A DNA stretch of 64,000 nucleotides from Limnohabitans sp. Rim8 (GTDB lineage Bacteria; Pseudomonadota; Gammaproteobacteria; Burkholderiales; Burkholderiaceae_C): assembly GCF_945869175.1 (NCBI RefSeq), contig NZ_CAMBNZ010000003.1:2545-66544 (forward strand), read 5' to 3'. The notes under the pieces were generated by a model. That model made no database searches and had not been told where the DNA came from. It was given only the letters and a program-made list of their open reading frames with translations. Each line of letters opens with the position of its first letter. Within the stretch, counting starts at the first letter, position 1. Shown here piece by piece: positions 59,873 to 64,000 of this stretch. Made by a program: the position numbers and the translations under genes.

Positions 59873-60740
59873 GCCTGCCGCCTGCGCCCTGGCGAAGCTG
59901 GCGCTGGACGCGAACAAGCCCAAGCAGCGACCAAACAGCCGCCGCACAGACCAGCAGGCGAGCACCCGTCATGCCCCAACCTTCCGAGGGCAAATGCCAA
60001 ACCGCGTAAAGCAAGAGCAGCATCAAGACGGACAACAGCCTCTGTGCACGCGCCGATGTCAAATGCGCCGCCCATGGCTGCATTCGCTCCCACCATTGCG
60101 CGAGCAACACCAAGAACAAGCCCAAACCCAGCCCCACCAGCACGTCCGCCGGCCAGTGGGCGCCGACCGCCAAACGCGACACCGCAACCAGACTGCCCAA
60201 CAGCACCAACGTCATGCGCCAGACAACACGTTCACGGCCTGCTGCAAAAAAGAGCAAAGCGGCCAGGGAGCCGGCCGCCAGTGAGTGGCCTGAAGGCATG
60301 GAGTGTCCCCCCATGGGGGGGTGTCCAATGGCGTGCAGCCAATGGGGCTCCAACACCGACAAGGGACGTGGGGCATCCCAAGCCGCCTTGAGCAAAGGCG
60401 AGGCGATCACGCCCATCAACCATGTTTTGAGGGCCCAGGCCAATGGGACAGGGTGCAGGAGGAACAAGGCCAGCAGGAGCAGCAATGCTTGCGCAGAATC
60501 GCCCCATTGCGTCACAAACAACCAAAACTGGTCGGGCAACCAACTGCTGCGATGCCCCCAAATCAACCACTCTTGGTTCCAAGGGGAGCCGTGAAGAACC
60601 AGCCCCCCCACCACCAACAGACAAGCCAAGGACACGCTGATCCAGGAGGTTTTTAGGGTCGGGACACCCCCTGAAATGTGCGGTTCTGGCATAACCATCT
60701 TATTTTGCCACCATAATTTGGCGTCCAAAGAAACACACAT
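59865..60740 (-). CDS. PAP2-family lipid phosphatase, first gene of the remodelling operon
   Basis: It has the motifs LKAAWDAPRP, MPSGHS and SRLAVGAHWPAD. The start may be the ATG at 60698 or at 60692 rather than 60740. Confidence 0.85.
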   Translation of the reverse strand: MCVSLDAKLWWQNKMVMPEPHISGGVPTLKTSWISVSLACLLVVGGLVLHGSPWNQEWLIWGHRSSWLPDQFWLFVTQWGDSAQALLLLLALFLLHPVPLAWALKTWLMGVIASPLLKAAWDAPRPLSVLEPHWLHAIGHPPMGGHSMPSGHSLAAGSLAALLFFAAGRERVVWRMTLVLLGSLVAVSRLAVGAHWPADVLVGLGLGLFLVLLAQWWERMQPWAAHLTSARAQRLLSVLMLLLLYAVWHLPSEGWGMTGARLLVCAAAVWSLLGLVRVQRQLRQGAGGRHD

Positions 60741-60742
60741 TC

Positions 60743-61756
60743 ATGACCATTCAAATCGCCGTCACCGGTGCCGCAGGATTCATCGGTTCGAGCTTGGCCC
60801 TCCATCTGGCCCAAATGGGACACGGGGTGCACGCCTGCGATTGGTCTGACCGCTCGGGGCGAACCCCGCTCGACACCCCAGCCGACAGCACTCTGGCCAG
60901 ACTGCGGGCCGAGCGCTTGGGCATTTTGGCGCAAACGCCTGGCGTTCACCTGTCGCAATTGGATTTGGCAGCGCCTGGTGCGTTTTCGGCATGGGTCAGC
61001 GAGCGGCAGCCCGACGTGGTCATTCATTTGGCGGCGCAAGCAGGTGTGCGCCACTCCATGCAAGCCCCGCTGGACTTTGTGGGGCCCAACCTGATCGGGT
61101 TTGCCCATGTGCTGGACGCCTGCCACCGGCAGGGGGTCCAGCGCTTGCTGTACGCCAGTTCCTCCAGCGTTTATGGCATGCGCGACACGGCCCCTTTTTT
61201 GGAAGACGACCGCACGGACAGCCCGGAGTCTTTTTATGCCGCCACCAAGCAAGCCAATGAAGCCATGGCCAAGGCCTACCACGCGCAATATGGTTTGCGC
61301 AGTTTGGGCATGCGCTTTTTCACGGTGTACGGCCCACGAGGGCGCCCCGACATGGCCCCCTTTCTCTTTGCGCAAGCCATACGGAGACAAGAAACTCTGA
61401 CCTTGTTTGCCGAGGGCGAACTGCTCCGAGATTTCACTTACGTGGATGACACCGTGGCCGCCATTGCCGCGCTGGCCAGACCCGACGCCCGCTGGGAAGG
61501 TTCCACCGTGGTCAATTTGGGACACCACCGCCCGGTGAGTGTGAACAGTTTTGTGAAATGTCTGGCCGATCAACTGGGCCTTGCGCCCATCATCGCCTAC
61601 GCACCGATGCAAAAAGCCGATGTCAAACTGACCTGCGCGAGTGAAACCCGACTGCTCAGCATGATCGGATCATGGCCTGACACCCCGCTCGACGAGGGCT
61701 TGGGCCGATTTGTGGACTGGCTGCAAGATTGGGACCCGCTGAACCAGCCAGGTTAA
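60743..61756 (+). CDS. NAD-dependent epimerase, UDP-glucuronate 4-epimerase-like (SDR extended family)
   Basis: 337 aa. It has GAAGFIGS, YAATKQANE (YxxxK) and RFFTVYGPRGRPDMAPFLF. The last resembles the RFFTVYGPWGRPDMA block of UDP-GlcA 4-epimerases as I remember it. Confidence 0.75.
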   Translation: MTIQIAVTGAAGFIGSSLALHLAQMGHGVHACDWSDRSGRTPLDTPADSTLARLRAERLGILAQTPGVHLSQLDLAAPGAFSAWVSERQPDVVIHLAAQAGVRHSMQAPLDFVGPNLIGFAHVLDACHRQGVQRLLYASSSSVYGMRDTAPFLEDDRTDSPESFYAATKQANEAMAKAYHAQYGLRSLGMRFFTVYGPRGRPDMAPFLFAQAIRRQETLTLFAEGELLRDFTYVDDTVAAIAALARPDARWEGSTVVNLGHHRPVSVNSFVKCLADQLGLAPIIAYAPMQKADVKLTCASETRLLSMIGSWPDTPLDEGLGRFVDWLQDWDPLNQPG

Positions 61757-61763
61757 AACTCGG

Positions 61764-61790
61764 CGATTCGGGGCCGACGATTCGGGGCCG
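61764..61790. repeat. tandem direct repeat, two copies of CGATTCGGGGCCG with period 14
   Basis: Read directly from the sequence. The copies are at 61764..61776 and 61778..61790, in the convergent epimerase/alaS intergenic region. Confidence 0.8.
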
Positions 61791-61802
61791 GCAATGGCGC
61801 CA

Positions 61803-64000
61803 TCAAAGTCGCTCGGTCACCCAGGCCTGCACGCTGGCCAGGGCAGAGGGCAGTGCCGCAGCGTTGGTGCCACCGGCCATGGCCATGTCGGGCTTGCCAC
61901 CGCCCTTGCCGCCCACTTGGCCCGCCACAAAGTTGGCCAGTTCGCCCGCTTTGACTTTGCCGATGGTGTCGGCGCTCACGCCTGCGGCAATCTGCACCTT
62001 GTCACCGTCCACGGCGGTCAAGACAATCACTGCGGTTCTCATCTTGTCCTTGAGCTTGTCCATGGTGTCGCGCAAGGTCTTGGCATCGGCCCCTTCGAGC
62101 TGGGCCACCAGCAGCTTCACACCCTTGACATTCAAGGCCTGCGTCATCAATTCGTCACCCTGCGCCGAAGCGAGTTTGCCTTTGGCCGCGGCCAATTCTT
62201 TTTCGAGCGCCTTGACCTGGTCCAGCACCTGCGCAATGCGGGCGTTCAACTCGGCAGGCTGGGCCTTGAGGGTGCCTGCGGCTTGTGTCACGGTGTCTTC
62301 GAGTGATTGCAGGTAGGCCAAAGCATTTTCGCCGGTCACCGCTTCGATGCGGCGCACGCCAGCGGCCACGCCGCCTTCACCCACGATCTTGAACAGGCCA
62401 ATGTCGCCCGTGGCTTTGACGTGGGTGCCGCCGCACAGTTCGCGGCTCGAGCCAATGTCCAAGACACGCACGGTCTCGCCGTATTTCTCACCAAACAGCA
62501 TCATCGCACCGGTTTTTTGGGCGCTTTCGATGTCCATCACGCGGGCCTGAGCCTGGGCGTTGGCCAAAATTTCGGCGTTGACTTGGGCTTCGATCTGGCG
62601 GATCTCGGCATCGGTCACGGGGGCGTTGTGCGCAAAGTCAAAACGGGTGCGCTCAGCGTTGACCAAACTGCCCTTTTGCTGCACATGGCCGCCCAGCACT
62701 TCGCGCAAGGCCTTGTGCATCAGGTGGGTGGCGCTGTGGTTGCGCACGGTGGCGGCGCGCACGGCCAAATCCACATGGGCCTGCACCGCGTCGCCGACCT
62801 TCAGGCTGCCGGATTTGATTTCGCCATGGTGGCCAAACACATCGGCCTTGATCTTGAGCGTGTCGGCCACAGTGAACTGACCGCCCGCGTTGTTCAGCAC
62901 GCCCTGGTCACCCACCTGGCCACCGGACTCGGCGTAAAACGGGGTCGTGTCCAGCACCACCACGCCCGCTTGACCCGCTTGGAGTTCGCTCACGGCGTTG
63001 CCGTCGGCGTACAAGGCCAATACCTTGGCATGGGCCGTCAGGTCGTCGTAACCCACAAAGTCGTTGCCCGCGCCCAAATAGTCGAGCGCCTTGTCCATCT
63101 TGAACTTGCCCGCAGCACGGGCCTGGGCTTTTTGCTTTTCCATGGCGGTGGCGAAACCCGCTTCGTCCACGCTCAAGCCACGCTCGCGGCACACATCGGC
63201 AGACAAATCGAGGGGGAAACCGTAGGTGTCGTGCAGCTTGAAAGCCACTTCACCGGGCAGCACTTTGACGCCGCCTTCGAGGGCCGCGTCCAAGATTTGC
63301 ATGCCGCTTTGCAGTGTTTCAAAAAAGCGCTCTTCTTCCAAACGCAAAACGTCCGCAATGCGCTCGGCCTGATCGGCCATGTTGGGGTAAGCCGCGCCCA
63401 TGAGCTTGACCAAATCGGGCACCAGCTTGTGGAAAAACGGGGTTTTTTGGCCCAACAAATAACCGTGGCGAATGGCGCGGCGGATGATCCGGCGCTGCAC
63501 ATAACCCCGGCCTTCGTTGCTCGGCACCACGCCGTCGCTCACCAAAAATGCCGTGGCGCGGATGTGGTCAGCGATCACGCGCAGCGACTTGTTGTTCAGG
63601 TCGGTGCAACCGGTTTCGCGTGATGCGGCCTTGATCAGCGCGTCAAAAATGTCGATTTCGTAGTTGCTGTGAACATGTTGAAGAATCGCTGCGAGACGTT
63701 CGAGGCCCATGCCCGTGTCCACACAGGGCGCGGGCAGCGGCGTGACGGCACCGGTGTCGTCCATGTTGAACTGCATGAACACGTTGTTCCAGATTTCGAT
63801 GAAACGGTCACCGTCTTCATCGGGGCTGCCGGGTGGGCCACCGGGAATGTGGGCACCGTGGTCGTAAAAAATCTCGGAGCAAGGACCGCAAGGACCGGTG
63901 TCGGCCATCATCCAGAAGTTGTCTGACTTGTAGCGGCCGCCCTTGTTGTCGCCGATGCGGATGATGCGGTTCTCTGCCTTGATGCGCTCAGGTGTCCAGC
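61803..64000 (-). CDS. alaS: alanine--tRNA ligase; the N-terminus lies beyond the window end
   Basis: The ORF-track M at 63911 is internal. The frame stays open to 64000 (...[23 protein letters not shown]). The editing domain and the C-Ala domain are present. Confidence 0.95.
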   Translation of the reverse strand, partial: WTPERIKAENRIIRIGDNKGGRYKSDNFWMMADTGPCGPCSEIFYDHGAHIPGGPPGSPDEDGDRFIEIWNNVFMQFNMDDTGAVTPLPAPCVDTGMGLERLAAILQHVHSNYEIDIFDALIKAASRETGCTDLNNKSLRVIADHIRATAFLVSDGVVPSNEGRGYVQRRIIRRAIRHGYLLGQKTPFFHKLVPDLVKLMGAAYPNMADQAERIADVLRLEEERFFETLQSGMQILDAALEGGVKVLPGEVAFKLHDTYGFPLDLSADVCRERGLSVDEAGFATAMEKQKAQARAAGKFKMDKALDYLGAGNDFVGYDDLTAHAKVLALYADGNAVSELQAGQAGVVVLDTTPFYAESGGQVGDQGVLNNAGGQFTVADTLKIKADVFGHHGEIKSGSLKVGDAVQAHVDLAVRAATVRNHSATHLMHKALREVLGGHVQQKGSLVNAERTRFDFAHNAPVTDAEIRQIEAQVNAEILANAQAQARVMDIESAQKTGAMMLFGEKYGETVRVLDIGSSRELCGGTHVKATGDIGLFKIVGEGGVAAGVRRIEAVTGENALAYLQSLEDTVTQAAGTLKAQPAELNARIAQVLDQVKALEKELAAAKGKLASAQGDELMTQALNVKGVKLLVAQLEGADAKTLRDTMDKLKDKMRTAVIVLTAVDGDKVQIAAGVSADTIGKVKAGELANFVAGQVGGKGGGKPDMAMAGGTNAAALPSALASVQAWVTERL

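Overview
This is a GC-rich chromosomal segment (GC not computed). The gene order looks betaproteobacterial, Burkholderiales/Comamonadaceae-like; that placement is an inference. I support about 58 protein-coding genes and one tRNA-Leu(CAG). I saw no rRNA, CRISPR array, transposase, integrase or phage genes. Most of the window is core housekeeping, in this order: a partial symporter; ppsA/ppsR; glmM-folP-ftsH-rlmE with divergent yhbY; greA; carB-carA; a TrmH-family methylase. Then comes the envelope block rnhB-lpxB-[aminotransferase]-[dehydrogenase]-lpxA-fabZ-lpxD-skp-bamA, followed by dxr-cdsA and frr-pyrH-tsf-rpsB. After that: amidase-nnr; rnr; tRNA-Leu; rimO; phaR; ribE-ribB(X)-ribH-nusB; an aminotransferase; ybgC-tolQ-tolR-tolA; a quinone oxidoreductase; dnaE; a LysR/pirin/flavodoxin/DUF599 module; an FAD oxidoreductase; gluQ-trmB-rluA-like; and partial alaS. 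Main hunt results follow. (1) A translationally coupled five-gene minus-strand operon at 55.6-60.7 kb encodes PAP2 phosphatase, a UPF0104/LPG-synthase-TM protein, an ArnC-like GT2, an ArnT-like GT-C transferase and a second PAP2 phosphatase. A divergent UDP-glucuronate-4-epimerase-like gene sits next to it. This looks like a lipid A dephosphorylation and uronic-acid decoration system. (2) A GnnA/GnnB-type dehydrogenase/aminotransferase pair lies between lpxA and lpxB, which predicts a 2,3-diamino-sugar (GlcN3N) lipid A backbone. Together these two loci predict an Aquifex/Caulobacter/Rhizobium-like, phosphate-poor lipid A in a betaproteobacterium. (3) tolA is interrupted by a single in-frame TAA inside its Lys/Glu-rich domain. 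(4) The ribBA-like gene has a degenerate GTP cyclohydrolase II domain that lacks the zinc-ligand cysteines. (5) uppS and rseP are both absent from their usual slots in the frr-cdsA-dxr-bamA cluster. The remaining findings are small regulatory palindromes and hairpins. All functional calls rest on reading the translated ORFs and on remembered family motifs; no database search was run.
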